A stretch of DNA of 64,000 bases, taken from assembly GCA_040901675.1 (NCBI GenBank), contig JBBDYJ010000041.1:180700-244699 (forward strand). Reading direction: 5' to 3'. Below, piece after piece: positions 50,313 through 60,183 of this stretch (position 1 is the stretch's first letter; each line of letters starts with the position of its first letter). This DNA is from Pirellulales bacterium. GTDB lineage: Bacteria > Planctomycetota > Planctomycetia > Pirellulales > JAICIG01. Both the position numbers and the translations under genes were made by a program. The notes under the pieces were generated by a model. The model saw only the letters and a list, made by a program, of their open reading frames with translations, searched no databases and was not told where the DNA came from.

Positions 50313-51991
50313 ACATGAACCATTCATTGGAACAACAGTTGGAACAACTCGGCCGGGAGCTTGGCGACTCCGCTGGACTGACCGAGCGCGTGATGGCAAG
50401 ACTTGCTCAGCAGGAAAACAAGCTTCCAGTGCAGCCGGCGCGATCGCCACGGCGACGTTGGCGTTGGCCAGCGGCCGCCGTGCTCGCCGCCAGCGTGGCG
50501 GTATGCGTCGGCGCCTGGTGGCTGTCGCGGCCGACGACCCTCTACGCCCGCATGATCATCGCCCTGGCCCAGGCCAATACGGTTCATGCCAGCGGCTGGA
50601 CGCGGCACATCGTACGTAAATGGCCGCTGGAAGACCCGTTGGAACAGCCAGGCGGCGGAAACCCGGACCAAAAGTATCCGTTGGATATCTGGTACTGGAC
50701 CGAGGCAGACGGTACGCCCCGCGGCTACGAGCGCGCGGGGCCAGTGATCCTGGTGCGCCATGGCGGTGACTACAAAGAGTATCAAGCAGACACCGATTTG
50801 ATGTACGTGGTCGATGGCTCGTCCGATGGCAAGGACAAAGTAGCCGAGTTCGGCCGGTTGGCCACGTATCTGACCGCCCTCGAGCGTCCTTCGCTGACGA
50901 AACATGAACTAGGCCTCCGCCGAGAGAATGGCCGCTGGGTGCGGGGCATCCAGCATATCGAAGGGAACCGTATCGAGGAAATCTGGATTGATGAAAAGAC
51001 AAGTCTGCCGGCGCGACTTCTGCGAAAAGCCAAAGACACCGGCCTGCAGATGATGGAACTCACTTTTACAGTCGATGAGCCAATACCGGAGACTGTTGCC
51101 GAGTTCGATCCACCGAACACCAGGTACGTTCGATTCAGCGGCGGCGGCAAGGGCAACGAACAATGGCGTCAGCACGTGGCCGAGGTCGGTCGGCGGCTGG
51201 AAATGAAACCGATCGATGGACGGATTGCGATTTTGCCGCGCGAGCAGGGCCGAACATTCTCCAATCAATGGTCGATGATGACGCCGGACGGCACCTATTG
51301 GCTGCGGCCGTTGGACCGCGACCAGTACGCGCCCATGACGCTTGCCGGCTTTGTTGGACAGCATGCGGCAACCGAGGGAGGGGAACGGCGGCATGGCACG
51401 TGGCGGCTCGCCAAACAGCTTCGCGACATCGAACTGCCGCGGGCGGATCTGGTCCATGAGGCTGATGTACCGTGGCAGGAGTGGGTGCCATTTGTGCTTA
51501 ACCACTTCGGCTTGGAGTTTATCGAGCAGGTCGAGCATCGCACCATCTGGATCGCCAAACACGACGGCCGCGAGCTAAAGCCATGGCAGGAAGTGAAGCC
51601 ACCGGCGCCTTATGTCATCGAGGGGGGAGTGGAGAAAAAGGGCTACGTGAAGCCGGGAATTGGCATGGCGGTCGGTCCGACCACACTGCAGGAACTCTTT
51701 TCAACCTTCAACCGACAAATGGGCGACCTCGACGCGGATAAGCCATGGATCATCGACGAGACCGGGTTGCCGATGCCCCCGCCGTACTCCGAACGACAAC
51801 ATGGACCCCGCCGCGCATACCGCGAAGAGGTCTTGCCTTCATACTACGTCGCGACGGACGTCCCTTGGTTCGCTGGGCGAGAATCGATTGAAATGGCACG
51901 TCAGTGGTATGCAAAGGAGTTTGGTATCAGATTCACAGAAAAAGTGCGCCCAGTCACCGTGCACGTGATCCGGCGCAAGTCGGCTGGATGA
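50309..51991 (+). CDS. putative anti-sigma factor (one TM, large periplasmic domain)
   Basis: ATGA overlap with the ECF gene; short cytoplasmic N-terminus followed by a TM. Confidence 0.7.
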   Translation: MNMNHSLEQQLEQLGRELGDSAGLTERVMARLAQQENKLPVQPARSPRRRWRWPAAAVLAASVAVCVGAWWLSRPTTLYARMIIALAQANTVHASGWTRHIVRKWPLEDPLEQPGGGNPDQKYPLDIWYWTEADGTPRGYERAGPVILVRHGGDYKEYQADTDLMYVVDGSSDGKDKVAEFGRLATYLTALERPSLTKHELGLRRENGRWVRGIQHIEGNRIEEIWIDEKTSLPARLLRKAKDTGLQMMELTFTVDEPIPETVAEFDPPNTRYVRFSGGGKGNEQWRQHVAEVGRRLEMKPIDGRIAILPREQGRTFSNQWSMMTPDGTYWLRPLDRDQYAPMTLAGFVGQHAATEGGERRHGTWRLAKQLRDIELPRADLVHEADVPWQEWVPFVLNHFGLEFIEQVEHRTIWIAKHDGRELKPWQEVKPPAPYVIEGGVEKKGYVKPGIGMAVGPTTLQELFSTFNRQMGDLDADKPWIIDETGLPMPPPYSERQHGPRRAYREEVLPSYYVATDVPWFAGRESIEMARQWYAKEFGIRFTEKVRPVTVHVIRRKSAG

Positions 51992-52150
51992 CGCTCACTC
52001 ACACCTGGCCGTGGAATGCCCACCGGCAACCAGCGGGGCACGTTTATTCGGCAACGAAGGCACGTCCGGGTGGTCAAACGTGTCAGAAACGTTCCTCACA
52101 CCTTTGGCGGTACAGACCGCTTCGCTCGGAGAGCAGAACCGCAGAGAGGC

Positions 52151-53275
52151 CTAGGGCGTCGTTTTCGAAGATTCGGAAGGCAAACGGAATGAATTCCGTT
52201 CTACGTGCCGGGCGGCCAGGCGCTTGGCGATCACGTTCCAGGCGACGGGCGGAGAACCGTTTCGGGCACAACAGATCGTCGTGTGGTCGGCCGGCACGAG
52301 CACCAGGTCGCCGACGCCCGCCAGCCGAGCGCTTTCCAAGGCGACCAGGCCGTCGCTGTCGCCGGCCCGCGAACGCAAGCTGTCCGCGCCGCGCCGCATT
52401 CGACCGGCCAGCCGCGTGGTCCACCGCCAGTCGGGCAGCCAGCCGGCCGTACGCTCCAGGGCGTCGCCCGTGTGACGCCACCCGCAACTCCGGTTGCCGT
52501 AGATGACCGTGTACTCGACCCCCTCCCGCCGGGGTCGCGCATTCAGCTCGGTCAGGAACTGCGAGCCAGGCCGCAAATCGCGGCCTGCCTCACCCAGTCC
52601 ATCTGTAATCGCCCACGTCCAGTGCCAGTTCGGCTCGCGCTTGGAAAGCGAATACTGCTCGAAGCCCTCGGAAAAGAAACTACAGCGCGCCCAGGCGGCA
52701 CCCTGGTTCGGCGGCGCCAGCAAGATCAGTTTCCTGACGCCGCCTTGATACTCGGCTCCTTCGATGTACGACCGGGCCACCAGACCGCCCATGCTGTGCG
52801 TGATCATGTCGACCCGCAGGTCCGGGTGTTCGCGACGCAAGGCCTCCATTTCCATGGCCAGCAGTTTTCCGCTCTCGGAAACAGCCTGGTCGTTCGGATA
52901 GTTGAGATACGCCACCTGGTAGCCGCGACCGCCCAGCAGCGCCCCCAGGTCTTGCCAGCAGGCACGCCCCGAGTCGAGCCCGTGTACCAGCACGGCCAGC
53001 GGCCGCTCTTCGGACAATTCGCCGGGAAACTTGAGGCCGTGGAGCTCTCGCAGGTGGCTGGTGGCTTCCGGGGCCGCCTCGGCGGCCCAGCGGCGCAGCC
53101 GGCTTTTGAGCCGATCCTTGAAACCAGCCGGCGCGGAGACGGACGCGGCATTGACCGTCGAGACCGCCGCACCAGCGGCGGAAGCCTTGGCGTCTCGCTC
53201 GGCCGAGTACGCGCGGTCGGCGGGCACGAGGCACAGCGACGAGACGAAACAGGCAATGAAGGCCAAACGGCGCAT
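52151..53275 (-). CDS. secreted lipase-like alpha/beta hydrolase
   Basis: VHGL, HSMGG, PPNQG and DGLV motifs. Confidence 0.85.
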   Translation of the reverse strand: MRRLAFIACFVSSLCLVPADRAYSAERDAKASAAGAAVSTVNAASVSAPAGFKDRLKSRLRRWAAEAAPEATSHLRELHGLKFPGELSEERPLAVLVHGLDSGRACWQDLGALLGGRGYQVAYLNYPNDQAVSESGKLLAMEMEALRREHPDLRVDMITHSMGGLVARSYIEGAEYQGGVRKLILLAPPNQGAAWARCSFFSEGFEQYSLSKREPNWHWTWAITDGLGEAGRDLRPGSQFLTELNARPRREGVEYTVIYGNRSCGWRHTGDALERTAGWLPDWRWTTRLAGRMRRGADSLRSRAGDSDGLVALESARLAGVGDLVLVPADHTTICCARNGSPPVAWNVIAKRLAARHVERNSFRLPSESSKTTP

Positions 53276-53377
53276 GACGAAACCGCCTCCCCTGGTCTTA
53301 CCCCGATTCTAAAGCACGGTCTTCGTGCTACAACAGTGTATTCAGTGTTTCGAGCGAGAATCTTGGGAAACGGGCCG

Positions 53378-53665
53378 ATGACCCCCATCTGGAAGATCCG
53401 CTCCGGCCAGTTCGCCGGATGGTACTCCAGCGACGCGATTTACGACGCGCTGGGCCGCCACGTGGGGTACATGGCCGGCACGGTGGCCTACTCGCTGCCG
53501 GGCAAGTACCTGGGAGAGATCTACCGTGCGGAGTGGATCGGCCGGCCGGCCGGGGCACATCGCGACAGCCCCGGATCGCGGCAGGCGGGCGAGAATGTGG
53601 CCCACGCCCGGCTGGACGATCGCACGCCGCCGGGCGTGGAAGGCTGGGACGATCCGGAGTTCTGA
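53378..53665 (+). CDS. small protein, 4-fold beta-flower-like
   Basis: Repeated Y..xG.x.G units. Confidence 0.6.
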   Translation: MTPIWKIRSGQFAGWYSSDAIYDALGRHVGYMAGTVAYSLPGKYLGEIYRAEWIGRPAGAHRDSPGSRQAGENVAHARLDDRTPPGVEGWDDPEF

Positions 53666-53806
53666 TCGGCTCCAGTCGGACGAAGTGGGCCGGTCAAGGC
53701 TCCGGCTTGAACGGGCTGGGTCATTGGGCTACACTCGCCCGCCGTCACTTCGGGCGGACCGGCATCGAATGTTTCCGGCAAGAATGTTTCCGGCAAGGAG
53801 GCTGGC

Positions 53807-55978
53807 TTGGCGCATTGCATTTTTGTTTCCGTGGTCTGGGCGCTTTCGTGGCTGGCGGCGGCCGATCCGGGCGCCGGGGCGGCGGCCTCTTCACACCAAG
53901 GGGAAGTGCCGATCCCCACCCTGGATGAAAGCGGCTCGCGGGTCGAGCCGGCGGCGGCGCAATCGCCCGTTGAGGAATTGCCTCGGCAGCCGGCACCTGC
54001 TGAGAAAGGCGCCGTGCCGCGCAGCGAGCACGGCGGCTTGTCGGAAGCGGAACGAATCATCCGCTTGCGCAACGCCATCGAGGCCAACCAGCGCGACCTG
54101 GAGAGTCTGCAGAACGAGCTGGACGAGCCGAGCAAAGACTACCAAAAGGCCGAGGCCGAGTTCCGCCAGCTCGATGCGGACCTCGAGCAGAAGACCAAGG
54201 AGCTTGCCAAGCTCCAATCGTCCACTCCGCCGGAAGAGTTGCTGAAGCTCGAGGCTCAACTGGACGACCAGCGGAAGAAGTGGCGGCTGGGCAGGGACCG
54301 CTTTGAGCTGGAAATCCGCGAGCGCAAGGCGCTGGTAGAGAAAATCGCCCCGCTGGAGCAAAAGTTGGCCGACGACCGCTCGGCGCTCGATGCCTTGGTC
54401 GGTACCCGGCCACCGAGCATCGCAGCGGAGAGTGTGCCGGCGGCGCCCTTGCCGGCCACGCCAGCGGCGGACCCGGCACCCGCCGCCGAGACGCCCGGCC
54501 CCACCGGGTCGGTCGCGCCGGTGCCGGGATTCCCCCCGTCGCCGCCCGGGCTGCTGCCGAACCTGGCCGGCCAGTCAGCCTCGACAACCGCCCAACCCGT
54601 GGCTCCCGATCCGCCAGCCGATCCACCCAACCAGAAACTGGCCGCCGCCACCGCGGAAGCCGAGCGAAAAGAATCAGCCGCGCAGGAGGCCGAACAGGCC
54701 GCCCGCTCGCTCACCGCGCGGACCCAAGCACTGCTCAAGGACATCGAGCTGGAGCGGACGCTGCGCGACACGGCCCACCAGAAAGTGGACAACGCCGATG
54801 AGACCTTGAAAAGTCTGGACGAGGACATCAAACGGGGGAGGTCGGAGGGGGAAAACCCAGCGAATCTGCAAGAGCTCCGGGCAGAGTACAAAGCGGCCCA
54901 CGAACGCTTCAGCAACCTGAGAAAGGAATCTCGCAGCCGCGCAAACCATCTCGACGAGTTGCAGTCCGAGCTGGCCGCCTTGCAGGCCGACGAGATCGCG
55001 GCCCTGCGCGAGGCCGGGCGGCGGCGCGTGGAAGCCGAGGCTGCGCGAAAAAAGCTCGACGAGCTGCGCAACCCGCTCGCCCCGGCCAACGTGCTGGCCT
55101 GGCTCTTGAGTCATGGGCTCAAGATCGCGGTGATCATCCTGGCGGTGGGTGGTTTCGTGTGGTTGTCGCGGGTGTTCGAAAACCGCCTGGTCGAGTTGAT
55201 GGCCCGGCGAGGCGTGCGAGGCAGCCTGGAGGAGCGCGAGAACCGGGCCAAAACGCTGGTCGGCGTGTTTCACAACGCGGCCAGCGTGGTGACGATCGGC
55301 GGCGGCATCCTGATGGTCATGGACGAGATCGGCATGCCGGTGGGGCCGCTGATGGGAGGGGCCGCCGTGCTCGGTTTGGCGGTGGCCTTCGGCGCTCAAA
55401 GCCTGATCAAGGACTACTTCAACGGGTTCATGATCCTGTTGGAACAGCAATACCTGGTCAACGACGTGATCCGCATCGGCGACGTCGCGGGCCAGGTCGA
55501 ACGCATCAGCATGCGGATGACCGCGCTAAGGGACATCGAAGGGCGGGTTCACTTTATCGCCCACGGGCAGATTGCCTCGGTGACCAACCTGACGCACGGC
55601 TGGTCGCGGGCCGTCTTCGACATCGGCGTCTCGTACAACGAGGACGTCAACCGGGTGATGCAGGTGCTGCTGGACCTCGGCATGCAGTTGCGCCGGGACC
55701 CGGAGTTCCGCTCGTTGATCCTGGAAGACCCCACGATGCTGGGCGTGGACGCCTTCGGCGAGTCGGCTGTGACAATCAAGTTCTACATCAAGACCCGCCC
55801 GCTCAAGCAATGGCTGGTCAAGCGCGAGCTGCTGCGGCGGATCAAGACCACCTTCGACGAGCTGGGCATCGAGATCCCCTTCCCGCACCGCACCGTCTAC
55901 CACCGGCACCTCGCCGCCAACGACCACGCCGACCCGATCGGCCAGGCCGCCCGGCTCGAAGGCGACAAGGCCGCCTGA
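53807..55978 (+). CDS. MscS-family mechanosensitive channel with long coiled-coil N-terminus
   Basis: GLAVAFGAQSLIKD, GQVERI and IEIPFP motifs. Confidence 0.9.
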   Translation: MAHCIFVSVVWALSWLAAADPGAGAAASSHQGEVPIPTLDESGSRVEPAAAQSPVEELPRQPAPAEKGAVPRSEHGGLSEAERIIRLRNAIEANQRDLESLQNELDEPSKDYQKAEAEFRQLDADLEQKTKELAKLQSSTPPEELLKLEAQLDDQRKKWRLGRDRFELEIRERKALVEKIAPLEQKLADDRSALDALVGTRPPSIAAESVPAAPLPATPAADPAPAAETPGPTGSVAPVPGFPPSPPGLLPNLAGQSASTTAQPVAPDPPADPPNQKLAAATAEAERKESAAQEAEQAARSLTARTQALLKDIELERTLRDTAHQKVDNADETLKSLDEDIKRGRSEGENPANLQELRAEYKAAHERFSNLRKESRSRANHLDELQSELAALQADEIAALREAGRRRVEAEAARKKLDELRNPLAPANVLAWLLSHGLKIAVIILAVGGFVWLSRVFENRLVELMARRGVRGSLEERENRAKTLVGVFHNAASVVTIGGGILMVMDEIGMPVGPLMGGAAVLGLAVAFGAQSLIKDYFNGFMILLEQQYLVNDVIRIGDVAGQVERISMRMTALRDIEGRVHFIAHGQIASVTNLTHGWSRAVFDIGVSYNEDVNRVMQVLLDLGMQLRRDPEFRSLILEDPTMLGVDAFGESAVTIKFYIKTRPLKQWLVKRELLRRIKTTFDELGIEIPFPHRTVYHRHLAANDHADPIGQAARLEGDKAA

Positions 55979-55990
55979 CGAGCTAAAATA

Positions 55991-56010
55991 GTAGGCACAC
56001 CCGTGTGCCG
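55991..56010 (+). repeat. GTAG-type REP sequence
   Basis: GTAGGCACACCCGTGTGCCG. Confidence 0.65.
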
Positions 56011-56029
56011 GCCGGAATCTTTCCTGCCT

Positions 56030-56045
56030 CGGTACGCAACGTGCT
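56030..56045 (+). promoter_or_regulatory. sigma-54-like site
   Basis: CGG-TACGCAACGT-GCT. Confidence 0.45.
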
Positions 56046-56089
56046 AGTAACCTGGGGGCCACACCCACCCAGATAGAGGCGACGCGACG

Positions 56090-56536
56090 GTGCTGATGCT
56101 CTATCTAGAACCCGCTAACTCCGGGCGCGGCAAGAAGTTCGGCCCAGTAAGCTTGGTTCGGATCGAAGGCGATTCGCTCCGCGCCGGCGCGCGGGAGGTG
56201 GCCGTCTACCGGGGCGGCTTATGGGTGGGATCAGGTTTCGACGCTGCCAGCCTGGTGATTGAGGCACCGCTGAGCGTCCATTTCGAAACCGGTTATGCCG
56301 TATCGCCTTCGTACGGCACGTTCGAGCGGGTTCGGATCCTCGACGGTGTGCTGCGAGCCGGCGAGTGGTGGCAGGTGACCCTGGCCCGCTTCGACCCAGG
56401 CACGAAAATGTGGTGCGTGCCCAGCGATCAGACCGCCTGGTTCAGCGTGATGTTTTCCCCGCTGCGTGCCGCCCTGCCCGATGCAGCCAGCCGGGCCGGA
56501 TTGCTCAGGTCCCGCGACCGCGAACCGGGCCTCTGA
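56090..56536 (+). CDS. hypothetical protein
   Basis: ORF with GAGG RBS; two internally similar halves (FGPVSLVRI / YGTFERVRI). Confidence 0.6.
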   Translation: MLMLYLEPANSGRGKKFGPVSLVRIEGDSLRAGAREVAVYRGGLWVGSGFDAASLVIEAPLSVHFETGYAVSPSYGTFERVRILDGVLRAGEWWQVTLARFDPGTKMWCVPSDQTAWFSVMFSPLRAALPDAASRAGLLRSRDREPGL

Positions 56537-56538
56537 CC

Positions 56539-57321
56539 ATGAGCGTGCTCGATCGATTCCGACTGGACGGAAAGCGGTTGTTCATCACCGGTGGCAGTCG
56601 AGGCCTCGGCCGCGAGATGGCCTTGGCCCTTGCCGACGCCGGCGCCGACGTGGTGCTGGTGGGGCGAGACCCCGCCAGCCTCGAGCGGACGGCCGACGAC
56701 GTGCAGCGGCTGGGCCGGCAGGCCTTTACGATTTCCGCCGACGTGGGCCGGCCCGCCGAGTGCGAGGATGTCTGCCGCCGGGTCCTGCAGCAATACGGGC
56801 CCATCGACATCCTGATCAACAACGTCGGCGGCCGGCGGATCCCGACGCCCACCACCGAGCTGTCGCTGGCCGATTGGCAGAACATCATCGACCTCAACCT
56901 GACCAGCACGTTTCTCTGCACCAGGACCATCGGCGGCGCCATGATCGAGCGCAAGCGGGGTGGGCGGGTCATCAATATCGCCTCGATCTCGGGAATGGTC
57001 GGCAGCCGCGGCATCGGCGGCCGCGGCTATGAAACCGCCAAGGCGGCGGTGATCCAGTTCACCCGCGCGACCGCCGCCGATTGGGCCGAGCACGGCGTGA
57101 CCGTGAACGCCATCTGCCCGGGCGGTTTCATGACCGAGCCCAATCAGCGCTGGAGCCGCGAGCGGCCCGAGGTCATCGAATCGTTCAAGCGCCTCATCCC
57201 CATGGGCGATTTCGGCAAGCCGGAAGATCTGGGGCCGCTGGCCGTCTATCTCGCCAGCGAAGCGTCGCGCTACATGACCGGCGCAGCGCTGGTCATCGAC
57301 GGCGGCTACACGTTGCTTTGA
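56539..57321 (+). CDS. SDR family oxidoreductase
   Basis: TGGSRGLG, NNVG and YETAK motifs. Confidence 0.92.
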   Translation: MSVLDRFRLDGKRLFITGGSRGLGREMALALADAGADVVLVGRDPASLERTADDVQRLGRQAFTISADVGRPAECEDVCRRVLQQYGPIDILINNVGGRRIPTPTTELSLADWQNIIDLNLTSTFLCTRTIGGAMIERKRGGRVINIASISGMVGSRGIGGRGYETAKAAVIQFTRATAADWAEHGVTVNAICPGGFMTEPNQRWSRERPEVIESFKRLIPMGDFGKPEDLGPLAVYLASEASRYMTGAALVIDGGYTLL

Positions 57322-57562
57322 AGAGCACTGGCCCCAACTGCAGTCGGTCATGATGGCCGGCGCCGGCATTGTCAAGGGAGCCATCTATGGCGCATCGGAC
57401 CGCCATGGCGCTTACCCGGCCGACCGGCCGGTCACCCCGCCCGACCTGGCAGCCACGATCTTGCACTTGTTGGGAGTCCCGCCCGACCTGGTGCTCCACG
57501 ACCGGCGGGGGCGGCCGATCGCGGCCTGCCAGGGCACGCCGATCGCCGATCTGCTCGCGTAA
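57322..57562 (+). pseudogene. DUF1501 C-terminal remnant
   Basis: HWP..SVMMAGAGI...YGASD...DLAATILHLLG with no N-terminus. Confidence 0.75.
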
Positions 57563-57616
57563 GCATGGCCAAATTGGTCTCGACCGGCTGGGCATGCTAA
57601 CGCTTTCCCCCGGCCG

Positions 57617-57633
57617 TTGGCACGCCAATTGCC
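57617..57633 (+). promoter_or_regulatory. sigma-54 promoter upstream of osmC
   Basis: TTGGCACGCCAATTGC, near-consensus. Confidence 0.7.
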
Positions 57634-57748
57634 CGCTTTAGGCCGCCGCAACCTGGCTCGCCGGTTTTGCCGCCGGCCAGTCCAAAGCAGATAGCGATTG
57701 CGCAGTTCGAACGGGGCGAGTATCTACGAACCAAGGGAGGGTCGACAC

Positions 57749-58177
57749 ATGCCGGTTCGCGAGAGTCAGGCCGTTTGGGAAGGCGATCTCAAGCAGGGCA
57801 AGGGCAAAATGAAGCTGGGCGGCGGCGCCTATGAAGGCCCGTACTCCTTCACGTCCCGGTTCGAAAACGGCAAGGGAACCAACCCGGAAGAGTTGCTGGC
57901 CGCCGCTCACGCCGGCTGTTTTTCGATGGCCTTTGCCGCCGCCCTGTCGAAGGCCGGCCATCCGCCCAAGCGGATTCAGACCGCGGCCAAGGTGCACCTG
58001 GAGAAGTTCGGCGAAGGCTTCCAGATCCCCACGGTCGAGTTGAAAACCGAAGCGGCCGTGGAAGGCATCGACGACGAAACCTTCCAGCGCATCGCGGAAA
58101 CGGCCAAGCAGACCTGCCCGGTTTCCAAGCTGTTCGGCAGCGCCGAGATCAAGCTGGAGGCGAAGTTGACCCAATGA
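57749..58177 (+). CDS. osmC: OsmC peroxiredoxin
   Basis: TNPEELLAAAHAGCFSMA and CPVSK motifs. Confidence 0.95.
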   Translation: MPVRESQAVWEGDLKQGKGKMKLGGGAYEGPYSFTSRFENGKGTNPEELLAAAHAGCFSMAFAAALSKAGHPPKRIQTAAKVHLEKFGEGFQIPTVELKTEAAVEGIDDETFQRIAETAKQTCPVSKLFGSAEIKLEAKLTQ

Positions 58178-58208
58178 TCGCCTGAAAGACGCCGGCGGGG
58201 CGGGGGGC

Positions 58209-59030
58209 TCACGGACGCTCGAAGGCGGCGGTCCAGGCCGCCACCTGCCGCTCGGTCATCGTCCCCAGCGGAATCAAGCGCGCGTCGCGATAGCCTTCGC
58301 GCTGCACGTCGTCGAGATACCCCAGCAGCGACAGCAGCGTGCCGCGGCAGAGCCGCTCGGCGGCTTGCCCGCGATCGAGCTGGGCCTGGAGGCGGCCCAA
58401 GAGCTCATCCATGATCGGGCGCGGGATCCGCGACTGTTCGCCAGGATAAATGAAGGTGAACAGCACCAGGTGGGCCAAGAGCACGTGCCAATGGTCGCCG
58501 AAGCGCCGCAACAGGCGGGGCCAATCGAGCTGTTCGCCGCGGGCCAGGATCAAGTGGGCCACGTCGGCGCCGTCGTAGCGGTCGCGCTCCATGATGAACG
58601 CCTTCTGCCAGATCAGCTCTTCGGCCGGGCAGAGCCGCAGCGGCAGCCCCAGCACCTCGTCGGGCACGGCGTGCTCGAACCATTCCTGGTCCACAGGGCA
58701 GATGCCGTTGCCCGAGTTGAAAATCAGGTCGATCACGTGCTCGGCGTGCATCACCTTGCCGATCCAATGCTCGTACTTCAGCTCGGTGCGATAACCGGCC
58801 TTGGCCAGGATCGACAAGGTCCGCTGAATGTCGTGCGGCAGCACGAAGATGTCGAAGTCCTTGGTGCGGCGCGTGATCCCCGTATAGGTGGTCAAGGCGT
58901 ACGCGCCGCCCACCAGAAAGGGCACCGACTCGTCGATCAGCGTGTGGAACACGTGCCGGTAAAACACCGACGTGTCGCGCTGGAGCTCTTCCAGGTTGGA
59001 GACGTATTGTTTGGAGGCGTCGGTGGTCAT
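58209..59030 (-). CDS. nucleotidyltransferase family protein
   Basis: LVGGAYAL...TKDFD and ERDRYDGAD motifs. Confidence 0.85.
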   Translation of the reverse strand: MTTDASKQYVSNLEELQRDTSVFYRHVFHTLIDESVPFLVGGAYALTTYTGITRRTKDFDIFVLPHDIQRTLSILAKAGYRTELKYEHWIGKVMHAEHVIDLIFNSGNGICPVDQEWFEHAVPDEVLGLPLRLCPAEELIWQKAFIMERDRYDGADVAHLILARGEQLDWPRLLRRFGDHWHVLLAHLVLFTFIYPGEQSRIPRPIMDELLGRLQAQLDRGQAAERLCRGTLLSLLGYLDDVQREGYRDARLIPLGTMTERQVAAWTAAFERP

Positions 59031-59097
59031 GGCGATCGCGCTAAAGCGGCAGTAAGCGTGCGGCAGCGCCCACGGCGTCTACGGGCCTCCTCAAAAT

Positions 59098-59113
59098 AGC
59101 AAATGCCATACCA
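59098..59113 (-). promoter_or_regulatory. sigma-54 promoter
   Basis: TGG-TATGGCATTT-GCT. Confidence 0.65.
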
Positions 59114-59216
59114 AGTGGAACCGGCCTGCCTTTTGCGGTAACCTGGGCCGCCATACGCTTGGTGTTGCGCCTGCGGGGCTAATCTGGTTCGGAAGACGCA
59201 CGAGGAGCACTGGTTC

Positions 59217-59960
59217 ATGGCAACTTCGCCCGCTCCGGTTCGCCTGGCGGCGGTGGCCGACCTGCATTGCGGCAAGATCGCCCCCGACTTTCTACGGCCG
59301 CTGCTGACGCAGGTTTCGAGCGAGGCCGACATCTTGGCCCTCTCGGGCGACCTGACCGATTATGGCTTGCCCGAAGAGGCCGAGACTCTCGCGGCGGAGT
59401 TGTCCGCCGTGCGGATTCCCATCGTCGCCGTCCTGGGAAACCACGACTACCAGTCCGACCAGCAGGCGGCGGTGCGCGAAATCCTGTTGAACGTGGGGGT
59501 CAAGCTGCTGGATGGCGAGAGCGCCGAGGTCCATGGAATCGGCTTCGCGGGCGCCAAGGGCTTCGCCGGAGGATTTGGCACCCGGACCCTGGAGCCCTGG
59601 GGCGAGCAGGCCATCAAGCGCTTCGTGCAGGAGGCATTGGACGAGAGCTTGAAGCTCGAGTCGGCCTTGGCCCGCTTGCGCGTGCCGCAGCGGGTGGCCC
59701 TGTTGCACTACTCGCCGGTGCAAGCGACGGTCGAGGGCGAGCCGGCGGAGATCTTTTGTTTTCTCGGCTCCAGCCGGCTCGAGGAGCCGCTCAACCGCTA
59801 CGGCGCCACCATGGTCTTCCACGGCCACGCCCACCGCGGCCACCTGGAGGGGGCGACCCAGACCGGCATCCCGGTGTACAACGTGTCGCTGCCGCTCTTG
59901 CGGCGGACGTTCCCAGAGGGACCCTTGTTCCGCACCTTCCAGATCGAAGTCCGCGAATAG
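59217..59960 (+). CDS. metallophosphoesterase
   Basis: DLH, GDLTD, GNHD and HGHAH motifs. Confidence 0.9.
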   Translation: MATSPAPVRLAAVADLHCGKIAPDFLRPLLTQVSSEADILALSGDLTDYGLPEEAETLAAELSAVRIPIVAVLGNHDYQSDQQAAVREILLNVGVKLLDGESAEVHGIGFAGAKGFAGGFGTRTLEPWGEQAIKRFVQEALDESLKLESALARLRVPQRVALLHYSPVQATVEGEPAEIFCFLGSSRLEEPLNRYGATMVFHGHAHRGHLEGATQTGIPVYNVSLPLLRRTFPEGPLFRTFQIEVRE

Positions 59961-59989
59961 AATCAAATTCTCGGATTGACGAAGACAAC

Positions 59990-60154
59990 CCTCTCGCAAA
60001 GGCGCAAAGCTCGCCAAGACGGGGCAGAAGAACCTTAGAACGAGCGACGAAGGGCTGTTGCTCGTCTTATTCGTAACCCTGTCGCGTCTTCGTGTTCTTC
60101 GTGATCTTTGTGGTTTTGTCCTCGTAGCGTGCGTCTTGGCGCCTTGGCGAGAGG
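59990..60154. repeat. nonamer-type inverted repeat element between convergent genes
   Basis: CCTCTCGCAAAGGCGCAAAG ... CTTGGCGCCTTGGCGAGAGG, with internal CTTCGTG repeats. Confidence 0.65.
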
Positions 60155-60183
60155 TTCCCTCGTCTCTTCGTCCGTCTGGTGTC

